Source of the DNA: Candidatus Latescibacterota bacterium
GTDB lineage: Bacteria > Latescibacterota > UBA2968 > UBA8231
Length of the DNA stretch: 64,000 nucleotides
Direction of reading: 5' to 3'
Assembly: GCA_965203175.1 (NCBI GenBank)
Contig: OZ241867.1
Location: forward strand, 3,232,001-3,296,000
Shown: piece after piece, positions 1-9,700 of the stretch
How the letters are laid out: every line of letters begins with the position of its first letter
Numbering within the stretch: position 1 is the first letter of the stretch
The notes under the pieces: model-generated
Told to the model about the DNA's origin: nothing
The model's database searches: none
The model's input: the letters and a program-made list of their open reading frames with translations, nothing else
Position numbers and translations under genes: made by a program

Positions 1-127
1 CATCGGGCAAGAACGCGCGCACGACCCATCCCTCGTCTAAAGGGTGCATACCTAAGGCCGCGAACACATCGGCGCATTCGCCGTGCACAAGGGCCTCTAT
101 GGTCTGCGGATCAAGTGTTACCTGCAT
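1..127 (-). CDS. glgB: 1,4-alpha-glucan branching enzyme, N-terminal fragment (gene runs off the window start)
   Basis: Not in the ORF track. Manual translation from ATG at 127 gives MQVTLDPQTIEALVHGECADVFAALGMHPLDEGWVVRAFLPD, matching the GlgB N-terminal pattern (LGMH...VVRAFLP). Confidence 0.7.
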   Translation of the reverse strand, partial: MQVTLDPQTIEALVHGECADVFAALGMHPLDEGWVVRAFLPD

Positions 128-318
128 GGTTGCATTTGCTCAGAGTTGAACATTTGGAAGAAAATAGGTCAATTTGGGGAAAAGGTATAGGGCGGCCACT
201 AGGAGGGCAGGCTGTACTGGGCGGCGGAATGGCGCGACAGGTGATCAGGACGCTCACAACTTTTTTGGAGATAGGTTATATTTTTTAAAACTGACGTTAC
301 GCACGGGGCTTTAGGTAT

Positions 319-351
319 GAGATGCTTCGACTCCGCTGCGCTCAGCATGAC
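319..351. repeat. REP-like palindromic element, half copy
   Basis: GAGATGCTTCGACTCCGCTGCGCTCAGCATGAC; near-identical to arms of the elements at 29317-29422 and 49443-49540. Confidence 0.8.
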
Positions 352-384
352 CATAACAGGCAGCTTCCCGACCTACTTTGGCTA

Positions 385-1716
385 TTGGACAAAAAAATCG
401 CCACTAGCGGCTGGGGGCTGTACCCGCTCGTCGCCGCCTCGGTTCAGCGCGCGCGCTACCTAAGCGACCTCGGTCGCGCCGCCGCGACCCAGATTTTACC
501 CCAGGGCAATTGTCGCTCCTACGGCGACGCCTGCCTATACGAGCGCGTCGTTTCCACCCTGCCCCTCAAGCACCTGCTCGACTTCGATCCGCAGCGCGGG
601 CTGTTGCGCGCGCAAGCCGGCATTACTTTCGCGGAGATCATCCGCTTTGCCCTGCCCCAGGGCTTTTTCCCACCCGTTACGCCGGGGACCAAGTTCCCCA
701 CGCTCGGCGGTTGTATTGCCGCGGATGTGCACGGCAAAAACCATCACGCCGAGGGGTCCATCTCCGCCTTTGTCGAATCGCTGGACATGGTGTTGGCCGA
801 TGGCTCGCTAGTGCGCTGCTCGCGCAACGAGTGCGCCGATCTGTTTTGGGCCACGCTCGGCGGCATGGGCTTGACGGGATTTATCTATGCGGCGACGCTG
901 CGGCTGAAAAAGGTGCCGTCGGCGTACATCCGGCAGCGCGCTATCAAGACGGCAAATTGGGCCGAGACGTGTAGCGTCTGCACGGAGACCCAGCATGAGT
1001 ACACCTATTCAGTCGCGTGGATCGACGGGCTGCAAACGGGACGGAAGCTAGGGCGCGGTCGCGTGCTGCTGGGGGAACACGCGGATGAACGCGAACTCAA
1101 AGGCAAGTCGCCCTTTGCCATTCACGGCGATGGCCGCTGGGCCGTGCCGTTTTTCTTGCCCGGCGGCGTGCTCAATGCCAAGTCGCTGAAGGTGTTTAAC
1201 TCCCTCTACTACCATCGCCAAGTGCGCCGGGCAGCCGATGCGCTCATCCACTACGATCCGTACTTCTATCCGCTCGACGCCATCCGCGGCTGGAACCGCC
1301 TGTACGGTCGCCGGGGCTTTTTGCAGTACCAGATCGCCGTGCCATACACCGATGGCGCGGAGGTGATCGCCGATCTGCTCGGGCGCATCGCCCGCCAGGG
1401 CGTGGCTTCGCCCTTGGCCGTGCTCAAGACGTTTGGGCCGCCGAGCGAGGGCTTGCTTTCTTTTCCCATAGCGGGTTATACCCTCGCGCTGGACATCCCC
1501 TTGCGCGACTCCGGGACGATCCCCTTCTTGCGTGAACTGAACAAGATCATCGTCGAGGCCAAAGGCCGCGTCTATCTGGCCAAGGACGCCATTTTGGAAA
1601 GGGAGGATTTCGCCGCCATGTATCCGCAACTAAGACAATTCAAAGCGGTCAAGCGCAAATACGATCCCGAATGCCGCTTCCGCTCCTGTCTGTCCGACCG
1701 CTTGGGGATTACGTGA
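385..1716 (+). CDS. FAD-binding oxidoreductase, decaprenylphosphoryl-beta-D-ribose oxidase (DprE1)-like
   Basis: Motifs GNCRSYGD, TPGTKFPTLGGCIAADVHGKNHH, YGRRGFLQYQ, GRVYLAKD. The ORF-track ATG at 322 lies inside a REP element; TTG at 385 is the likelier start. Confidence 0.85.
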   Translation: MDKKIATSGWGLYPLVAASVQRARYLSDLGRAAATQILPQGNCRSYGDACLYERVVSTLPLKHLLDFDPQRGLLRAQAGITFAEIIRFALPQGFFPPVTPGTKFPTLGGCIAADVHGKNHHAEGSISAFVESLDMVLADGSLVRCSRNECADLFWATLGGMGLTGFIYAATLRLKKVPSAYIRQRAIKTANWAETCSVCTETQHEYTYSVAWIDGLQTGRKLGRGRVLLGEHADERELKGKSPFAIHGDGRWAVPFFLPGGVLNAKSLKVFNSLYYHRQVRRAADALIHYDPYFYPLDAIRGWNRLYGRRGFLQYQIAVPYTDGAEVIADLLGRIARQGVASPLAVLKTFGPPSEGLLSFPIAGYTLALDIPLRDSGTIPFLRELNKIIVEAKGRVYLAKDAILEREDFAAMYPQLRQFKAVKRKYDPECRFRSCLSDRLGIT

Positions 1717-2444
1717 GGGCCTTGGTTTTGGGGGCTAAGTCGGCGATTGCCCAAGCCATCGTCGAGCGCCTCGACGGGTACGACTTCGCGCTGGCCGCCC
1801 GCGGGTGTAGCGAGTTGGAGCCTTTTGCCGCGGACTTGCGGCTCAGGCACTCGTGCGAGGTGGAACTGTTCGAGTTTGACGCCTTGGACTTTGCAGCGTT
1901 GGCGCGTTTGCCGCAGCAGGTGCACGAGCGCGGCGGCCCCTTCGACTTGGTCGTCCTCGCCTTCGGCTATCTCGGCGACGAACGCGCTGCGCAGCGCGAT
2001 ACAGATGAGCTAGCCCACATCCTCAACGCCAACTTTACCGGCGCGGCCATCGCGCTGGCGCATTTGGCCAATTATCTGGAGGAAAGGGACACTCCGACTG
2101 GCATCATTGCCATTTCGTCTGTGGCTGGCGACCGAGGCCGCCAGGGCAACTACGCGTATGGATCGGCTAAAGGGGGGCTGGCGATTTTCTTGCAAGGGCT
2201 GCGCAACCGGCTGGCTGCGACGTCTGTACATGTCTTGACCGTCAAACCCGGGTTTGTAGATACGCCTATGACGGAGGGGCTTGACGGGCTTTTTTTGGTT
2301 GCTCCACCGGAGCGAGTGGCCGCGGACATTGTGCGCGCCTATCGGCAAAAGAAAGACGTGCTCTACACGCCGTTTTTTTGGCGCTGGATTATGCTCGTGA
2401 TCAAGAGCATCCCCGAGCGCATTTTTAAGAGGCTGAAGTTGTGA
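1713..2444 (+). CDS. SDR oxidoreductase, DprE2-like (decaprenylphosphoryl-2-keto-pentose reductase-like)
   Basis: LVLGAKSAIA Rossmann start; SSVAGDRGRQGNYAYGSAKGG (YxxxK); VKPGFVDTPMT. The GTG start overlaps the TGA of the upstream gene (GTGA, 1713-1716). Confidence 0.85.
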   Translation: MRALVLGAKSAIAQAIVERLDGYDFALAARGCSELEPFAADLRLRHSCEVELFEFDALDFAALARLPQQVHERGGPFDLVVLAFGYLGDERAAQRDTDELAHILNANFTGAAIALAHLANYLEERDTPTGIIAISSVAGDRGRQGNYAYGSAKGGLAIFLQGLRNRLAATSVHVLTVKPGFVDTPMTEGLDGLFLVAPPERVAADIVRAYRQKKDVLYTPFFWRWIMLVIKSIPERIFKRLKL

Positions 2445-2466
2445 CGCGCTAGCCGTCCGCCGTTGT

Positions 2467-4974
2467 TCACGAACGGGAGGACCGAATACCGCGCGTGGTA
2501 ATGAAGTCCCGATACCGCGCGAATGCGGCATTGACCTCCTCTGGGGTAAGGCCGTAATCCTCCAGGGTGTAGCGATGCCGCTTCTCCTGTCGGCGTTGCT
2601 CTGCCTGCCGGAACTGCCAGTCTTCCATGGCGTCGATAGCTGCTTGTTCCAAGGTCCAGCCGAAGTGTTTATAGATGCTGCGAACTACACCAAACGGATC
2701 CTCGATCAGATCGACGTAGTTCACGTCCATCCAGCGGTGCTCCAATTCGGGATGGGTTTCCCGGAAGTGCACGGCTCTATCCATCATGCCGCTCATTAAA
2801 GCCAGCTGCTCGGCACCGAAGGTTTCTCGCGGTTGTGACTCGTAGACAAGCGAATGCGCTCGTTCTACAAAGCTATTCCAGGACCCCATAAATTGCGTAG
2901 GTTCGCGATGGGTCTGGATGAAAAGGGCATCGGGATATGTCTCGACTAGAGTTTCCAGTTCCATGAGATGAAAGGGCATCTTGAATAACCACTGTCCTTG
3001 GTGTTCAGGCTGACGCTGCCGGTGCTGCCAGGTAATATTCTGCATGGTTCGGCGGTGGTGGGCGTAGGCATGCTGCGAACCGGTGGCGGCCAGCCAACGT
3101 CCAAATTCCGGGATCCGGAATCGGACGATAAGGGTCCACGACCCGAAGGCCATACTCAAGATCGGGAAATCCTCCGACGGTTCGTCCACGTCGAAATCGT
3201 GAACCCCCTCGAAAAGCTCGAGGGCATCCGAAGAGTTGAGCAAATCTTCGACCCACGCGCGACGAGGGTCGTCCGGGGTACACCCTATCGTGGCATATTC
3301 ACCCTTTGACAGGCGTGGCGCCGTGTACTCGTAGCCCCGCAGGGCCCAAAACCGCTGGTCGCGGGACATGAGGCGGTGCAGGTAGGTCGTGCCGGTGCGG
3401 TTGATTCCGACAATGAAGACCGGATTGATGATCTCCTCCTGTTCGATCTCCGGATACCGTTGCCGTTCGCGGGCAAACCCAGCGTTGATAATCAAGAGAC
3501 GGCTCAGGTCGAAGACGACATCAACGACCTTGTTCTCCAATAGTTTGGCATCGGATGTTTGAAAAGCCTGAACCAACTGCTGCAGGTTTTGACGCATCCA
3601 CGTGGGATAGGTCTGTTCGAAAGAGACGTTGTAGTTCTCGGCATAGTGTTCAGCCCGCGCGATCAGGCGGTCGAAGTCCAGACGACCGGGCGATGCGGGA
3701 TACGGCCAGTGTTGCGGATTGTCCTGACCCAGTTGGTAGGAGCGCCTAAGCTTGGTCAGCACGCCCGCCCACTTGATCGGGTGCGGACAATCTTCACGGA
3801 AGGCCCGGTCGCAAATGGGCAGCCTGTCATCCGGCTTTTCCTTGCTGAACCAGTATTTCCCAAAGTGATCGAGTACCGCCCAGCGTCCGTGCAGCGGTGA
3901 GTTTTCGCCACGAGCTTGGCAAGCACGCTTAAATGACTCGTAGGAGACTTCGGGAAAATAGACTCCGAAATCGGCGAGCTCGAGGTCGTAGTAATCGAGC
4001 TGCGGCTTGCAGCAGTGATAGATTGTGAAACGTCGTTCGGGATTCAGGGAAATGGCCGTACAGGCTTGACTCAATGTATCGACTGCCTCGTGGTTGGAGC
4101 GAAATGTGAATCCTTCTGGCATGGATTCACAATCGGGCACTGCGGCTAAAATCTGCATGGTAAGATCGTTCAGTTGGATATGTCCCGTAGTAGATACAGC
4201 AGTTTGCGGCAGCCGAAAAATCGCCAACGGCATGCCGGCTTGTTGGGCAAACAGCAGGACCTGTTCAGATGTCAGTTTGCTCCATGGGTAGCCAAGCAGA
4301 CCGATTGGGAACGTTTTCTTCATGCTGGCGAGGTCCGGCTGCATCTGGTGGTCGATGCCGCAGTGCTTAAATTCGCGGGCGAATGCAAAAAAGTACTGTG
4401 GAAACACGGCCATGGTCGAGGCATAGAACAGGTGCTTGAAGCGTTGGCGCAAACACAATTCGAGCACGTTGTGTAGGCTAAGCGTATTGAGCTTGCGTAT
4501 GGCGTTATAGGAAGTAGCGAGGCTTATATCGGCAGCTAGATGGTAGACTGCGTCGATCCGCTGACAGAGATCGTTGAAGTCCGCGTCGCTCAGACCGAAT
4601 CGGGCTTGGCCAATGTCGCCGACCACCACGCGAATGCGCGGCGCGAATTCCTCATCCCAGACTTCAGCATTCTGCAGGGCATCGCGCAGGCGCTCGAACC
4701 CGTGGTCTGCATTGTTGCCCCGGACGACGCAGTGCACTATTAGGTCGGCATGCTGTTGCAAAAGGTCGCGCAGGAGGAAACGACCGATGAATCCGGTTGC
4801 CCCGGTCAGCAAAACCTCGCGAAAATCAGCCGGGGACACCGGAGCAGCCGGCGATTCCTGACTGACAGATGTATGGACGAATCGACGCAGGGTATCGACG
4901 TCTCTCTGGCAATGGGGTGGCAAAGATCCAACAAGCGGGGCCACCGCTGTGTCGGCAACGGTTTTTTCGGTCAT
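2467..4974 (-). CDS. swfB: Thioester reductase (NAD_binding_4) - sulfotransferase fusion, SwfB-like
   Basis: N-half LLTGATGFIG, HLAA, YPWSK (R-domain YxxxK). C-half FIVGINRTGTT (PAPS 5'-PSB loop), WLFKMPFH, IQTHREP. Lies downstream of the PKS and radical SAM genes. Confidence 0.85.
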   Translation of the reverse strand: MTEKTVADTAVAPLVGSLPPHCQRDVDTLRRFVHTSVSQESPAAPVSPADFREVLLTGATGFIGRFLLRDLLQQHADLIVHCVVRGNNADHGFERLRDALQNAEVWDEEFAPRIRVVVGDIGQARFGLSDADFNDLCQRIDAVYHLAADISLATSYNAIRKLNTLSLHNVLELCLRQRFKHLFYASTMAVFPQYFFAFAREFKHCGIDHQMQPDLASMKKTFPIGLLGYPWSKLTSEQVLLFAQQAGMPLAIFRLPQTAVSTTGHIQLNDLTMQILAAVPDCESMPEGFTFRSNHEAVDTLSQACTAISLNPERRFTIYHCCKPQLDYYDLELADFGVYFPEVSYESFKRACQARGENSPLHGRWAVLDHFGKYWFSKEKPDDRLPICDRAFREDCPHPIKWAGVLTKLRRSYQLGQDNPQHWPYPASPGRLDFDRLIARAEHYAENYNVSFEQTYPTWMRQNLQQLVQAFQTSDAKLLENKVVDVVFDLSRLLIINAGFARERQRYPEIEQEEIINPVFIVGINRTGTTYLHRLMSRDQRFWALRGYEYTAPRLSKGEYATIGCTPDDPRRAWVEDLLNSSDALELFEGVHDFDVDEPSEDFPILSMAFGSWTLIVRFRIPEFGRWLAATGSQHAYAHHRRTMQNITWQHRQRQPEHQGQWLFKMPFHLMELETLVETYPDALFIQTHREPTQFMGSWNSFVERAHSLVYESQPRETFGAEQLALMSGMMDRAVHFRETHPELEHRWMDVNYVDLIEDPFGVVRSIYKHFGWTLEQAAIDAMEDWQFRQAEQRRQEKRHRYTLEDYGLTPEEVNAAFARYRDFITTRGIRSSRS

Positions 4975-5014
4975 GTTTCCTTTCCTTAAAATCGTGCAAA
5001 TTCGGATTTATTCG

Positions 5015-6739
5015 TTACATCGCCGCCAAGTGTTCTGCCTGTGCATTCACGGCAAACCGGAAGGTCGCCAAAGCATGCTCAATTCCATCTTCATTGTAGC
5101 GAAATTCATTGGGTATTGATTCGTAACGCGCATGGACTCGCGTGAACAACGCTTGCCTCTGGTTGCTGAATTCTTCCCCATCCTGAACTCGTGCTTGCTT
5201 GAACATCTCCAACTCGGCTGACAGAAATTCCTTAAAGCCATAGATAGCATCCTGCTGACTGGTGATTTTTTCAAAGTGGTAGCCTAGGCCAGCTAGCCGG
5301 ATCGCTTTTGAGAGCATTGGAGGATGATTCTTGGCCACTTTGGCGATGAAATTCATGTAGGCGGGAACTTGATTGGCAGAAAGCCGCCCGCGCACACCCA
5401 TAAGCTCTGCATAAATCGCGTTCTTACTCCTCGGTTTCAGCAGATGCGGGACTGGCTTGAGGTGCTCAAACAACGTCAAGCAGCGCTTGAAATAGTTCTC
5501 GAGCGTCGGATCATAGAGCGTGGTGGTCACGCGTCGATATCCCTCAATCAATATCTTGGGATCCATCTCTGGCTTGAAGTTCAGGGTCATAGCGTTACCC
5601 CCGATGGAAACCTCCAAAATCCGGTTTTCCGACTTTAGACGGTTGTACATATCCGTGCCCTTCACAGCAGTCAACATATAGATTGGGGCCACGGGAATGC
5701 CCACCTCTTGGATAAACTCGATCTGGGCATCAAACACACCCTCATCATCATCATCTAGGCCCAAGATGAATCCTCCCTGAACCTGCATCCCTTTCTGCTG
5801 GATTTTGCGAACGGCATTGAAGAGATAATGCTCTTCCCGCTTGCTGATATTCTGCGGTTTCTTAGTCTTGAGCAATGCCTTGGGATTGGGGGTTTCAATG
5901 CCCAGGAACACAGTATCGAAACCCGCTTCGACCATAGCATCCATCAATTCATCCATGCGGGCGAGATTCACACTCGCTTCAGTGGTCAATGTAAAGGGAT
6001 ACCTATGTGTCCTTTGCCAATCGGCGAGCACCGGCAGCAGATTCATCGCATCTCGTTTGTTGCCGATGAAGTTGTCGTCAACCAGGAAAACTTGACCTCG
6101 CCAGCCCAGTCGATACAGCAATTCAAACTCGTTCACCAGCTGATCCGGCGTCTTGGTGCGGGGCACGCGACCATAGAGCTTGGTGATGTCGCAGAATTCA
6201 CAGTCGAATGGACACCCACGCGAGAACTGCACGCCCATTATGTCGTAATTTTTCATATCGATGAGGTCAAAGCGTGGGACCGGCGTCTGGGTAACATCCG
6301 GTTTGCGCGGCTCCCGATAAATCGCTTTGGCCTTACCGCTTGCCAGATCTCGCAGGAACTCTGGAAAGATTTCCTCAGCCTCATCCAGCACAAAATGATC
6401 TACGCCTTCAATCTCATCGTGAAATGTGGTGGGGTGGGGCCCCCCGGCCACCACGGGAACGCCAGCCTGATTACATCGCTCGATAACGGCCTGCAGAGAG
6501 ACTTGCTGAATAATCATGGTGGATGTAAACACCATATCAGCCCACTCCAAGTCCGACTGCTTTAGGGAAGTCACATTCATATCCACGACGCGGAGGTCGT
6601 ATTCCGGTGGAAACATCGCGGCGATAGTGAGCAGACCCAGAGGTGGAAAGGCCGACTTTATTCCCACAATCTCCAGCGCAAAATTTCCCCCCCAGTAGGT
6701 TGGTGGATGTTCGGGATAAACCAGTAGAGCATTAGGCAT
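5015..6739 (-). CDS. swfC: B12-binding radical SAM protein (class B methyltransferase-like, DUF4070-type), SwfC-like
   Basis: PPLGLLTIAA and GGPHPT cobalamin-binding N-terminus; SRGCPFDCEFC (CxxxCxxC); FLVDDNFIG; FLGIET. Confidence 0.85.
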   Translation of the reverse strand: MPNALLVYPEHPPTYWGGNFALEIVGIKSAFPPLGLLTIAAMFPPEYDLRVVDMNVTSLKQSDLEWADMVFTSTMIIQQVSLQAVIERCNQAGVPVVAGGPHPTTFHDEIEGVDHFVLDEAEEIFPEFLRDLASGKAKAIYREPRKPDVTQTPVPRFDLIDMKNYDIMGVQFSRGCPFDCEFCDITKLYGRVPRTKTPDQLVNEFELLYRLGWRGQVFLVDDNFIGNKRDAMNLLPVLADWQRTHRYPFTLTTEASVNLARMDELMDAMVEAGFDTVFLGIETPNPKALLKTKKPQNISKREEHYLFNAVRKIQQKGMQVQGGFILGLDDDDEGVFDAQIEFIQEVGIPVAPIYMLTAVKGTDMYNRLKSENRILEVSIGGNAMTLNFKPEMDPKILIEGYRRVTTTLYDPTLENYFKRCLTLFEHLKPVPHLLKPRSKNAIYAELMGVRGRLSANQVPAYMNFIAKVAKNHPPMLSKAIRLAGLGYHFEKITSQQDAIYGFKEFLSAELEMFKQARVQDGEEFSNQRQALFTRVHARYESIPNEFRYNEDGIEHALATFRFAVNAQAEHLAAM

Positions 6740-6770
6740 GGCAAAATTCCCTCTATCCCTCTTTTTAGGG

Positions 6771-9700
6771 TTAGCGCACAGGGAAGGTGCTCAATTCGGC
6801 ACCGTCCCCCTGTGGAAAGTGATCTGCGAGTGGGTTGGCGAAAGCCGATGGTGCGCGGCGGACGCGCTGCTGGTCAGCAAGGGAGTCAGCCGCTAGTTCG
6901 GTCGCATCCATCTCGGCTTGGTCCTCTTCAGCATCCTTCTTGCCGTGGATGATGTCTTGGGCCAACGACAGCGAGGAGGCCGTAGTCATCAATTCGAGGG
7001 CGCTGACCTGATAGTTGAACTGCATGCGGATGAACCCCCCCAGTTCGGCGACCGAGATCGACGTGAGTCCGAAGCTGGACAAGGGTTCCTCCACGCCACC
7101 TTCGTCGTGTCCGCACAGTTCGGCGACCTTGCTGGCGATCTGATCCACCACGGTGTCCAGAGTGAGTTGGCCACCGGTATCGACCGCGAATGCATCCGGG
7201 TTGTTGAGCACGCGTCCGGTGCGCATGTAATCGGGCGAGTCAACCGTCAATGGTGGGCGGGCGAACAGGGCGGTGATCAGGTGATCCTGGTCGTCCATGC
7301 TGCGCATGGCGTAATCGAGGTTGGTAATGGCAAAATCGGCGCTGATCGGCGGCATACCCGACGACCGCGTTATGCGCAGCACGTGCAGATTGCGCGAGGC
7401 CATGCCAGCCTCGGCGACCGCGGCGAGGTTGTAGCATAGTGCGGGCAGCCCCTGGCGGCGGCGGAAGGCCGCCAAGCCGTCCAGAAACCCGTTGGCGGCG
7501 CTGTAGTTGATCTGTCCCGGGTTGCCCAGCGTCGAGGCGATGGAGGAGAACAGCACGAAGTGGTCGAGGGGGCAGTCGGTCGTCGCCAGATGGAGATTGA
7601 GGGCACCGCGCGCCTTGGGTGCAAATACCTTGGCCAGCGATTCGTTCGTCAGGTCGGTTAGCAGGCAATCGGCCAACGTGCCCGCGAGGTGGAATACGCC
7701 CTTCAGCGGCCGCTGCAACCCGGCGATACAGCGCCGGACGTCTGCCTCTTCGGCGACGTCGCCTTGGACGATGTCGATGTCGATCTGTTCTGTGAGGTAC
7801 CACAGAGCACTGGTTTTCCGCACCCAGTCCGCGCTGCGGCGGCGCTGCGGGTCGCGGTCCAGCAAGGTGAGATGCCGCGCACCAGCGGACGCCAGATAGG
7901 GCAGCAACAGCTTGCCGAATCCGCCCATGCCGCCGGTGACTAGGTAGGTCGCGTCGGGGTCGAGGAATGGGCGCAGATCGACAATCGGGAGTGAGTGATT
8001 GCTCGGTTCCCCCAGTGCCTGTAGGACCAGTTTTCCGGTGTGCTGGCCGGTGGTCATCAAGCGCAGTGCTTGGGCATAGTCGCGGTAGGAGAAGGAGGTG
8101 ATCGGCAACGGTGGCACGGCACCCTGCTCCAGCAGGTTTATGCACTCCTGCGAAAGCTCGTGTGCCAGCACTGGGTCGTCGCTCATCATGCGGTCGATGT
8201 CGATCGCTGCAAAGCGCAAGTTCTTGCGGAAGACACTCAGGCTGAGCGCGTTGTCGGAGTAGATATCGACCTTGCCGATCTCGCAGTGCCAGCCGCCGGG
8301 CCGCAACGCCTCCAGGCACAGCGTGATGTGGCGGCCGGCTAGAGAGTTCAGTACCACGTCAACTCCTTCACCGCTGGTCGCTGTCATCAGTTCGTCGTAC
8401 CAGTCGTAGCTGTGCGAATCGAATGCCGCGCGCACGCCTAGCGCGAGCAGTTGCTCTCGCTTGCTCTCGCTGCCGGCCGTGGCGTAGATCTCCGCTCCCG
8501 CGTGCTTGGCTAGGGCGATGGCCGCTTGGCCGACGCCACCCATGGCCGAGTGGATGAGGACGCGCTGGCCCTTGCGCAGGCGAGCCAGATGAATCAGCGA
8601 ATAGTACGCGGTGACGTAAACCGACAGTACTGAAGCGGCCTCCTCCATGCTCAGGGATGCGGGTTTGGCGAACACTAGGTGTTCGTTGACCACGGCGCGA
8701 TTGGTGATGCACCCGCCTTGGGTAAAGGCCACGGCATCGCCGACGCGGCACGCGCGCACGGCATCGCCAACGCGGCGGACGATTCCGCTGGCCTCCATCC
8801 CCACTGTGCGGCCCAGCGCCGAGCGTTCGTAGGACAGGGCCGGCAGCAACCCCAACGTCACCATGACGTCGCGGAAGTTGAGCGCCGCGGCTGCCACGTC
8901 GATCTCTACATCGTGCGGTCCTAGAGATGCGGGTTGGTAGGTCTTCATCTGTAGGCCGCCGATTTGCCCTGGATTGTCTAGGGTCAGCCGGTACGGGGTT
9001 TCCTCGTCCGCCGGCACGAGCGGAGACCGCTCCCGGATACTGATCAGCCTCGGCGTCCATACCTGTTTGTGGCGCACTGCCAGCTCGCGTTCGCGCAGGT
9101 CGCAGGTGCCGAGCCAGGCCAGCGTCTGTAGATCCTCCGGGGCGTCCAGATCGACCAACCGGAAATCAATTTGCGCCTCCGTACCTACGTCCGCGGCGAT
9201 CTCTTGGCTTATGCTGCGGACCGCTCCCCACGCGGCACTTGCGCGCGGGTTCGCCACTTCTAACGCGGCGCGGCGCGTCACCACGGTCAAGCGGCAGGGG
9301 CAGCGCGCCTGCGCCACCCGGAAGGGTATCAGCGCCTTGACGAAGGCGACTAGGCGCGCTGCTAGCTTTTCGCCGGTCGGGTCGTGTGGGTCAGAGCCGC
9401 AGAAGATGTCGATGGCCTGCAGGTCGGCTGCCGCTGGCCAGTCGGCAAGTGCGTCGATGCGGTCGTCTGCCAGGTCCGCACAGGGAATGGCGGACACCTC
9501 GGGCGAGTCGAGGAGCGCCAGCCACTGATCCGACAGGCTGTCTGGCTCGCCGATTACCCAGCGGGGGCCGGGTAGTTGTTGCGGTTCGGGAGTATCCTCG
9601 GCGGTGTACGGGGCTTGCAGCAGGGTAGTGTGCCGGTCGGCGCGCACTGTAGTCCAGCCGGCGTCCGGCTCAAAGGCTTCGCTTTCGGCGTGCGCGACTA

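Noticed and set aside
322-384. N-terminal extension MLRLRCAQHD... of the DprE1-like ORF
   Set aside because: It is the translation of a REP half-element; family similarity starts near TTG 385.
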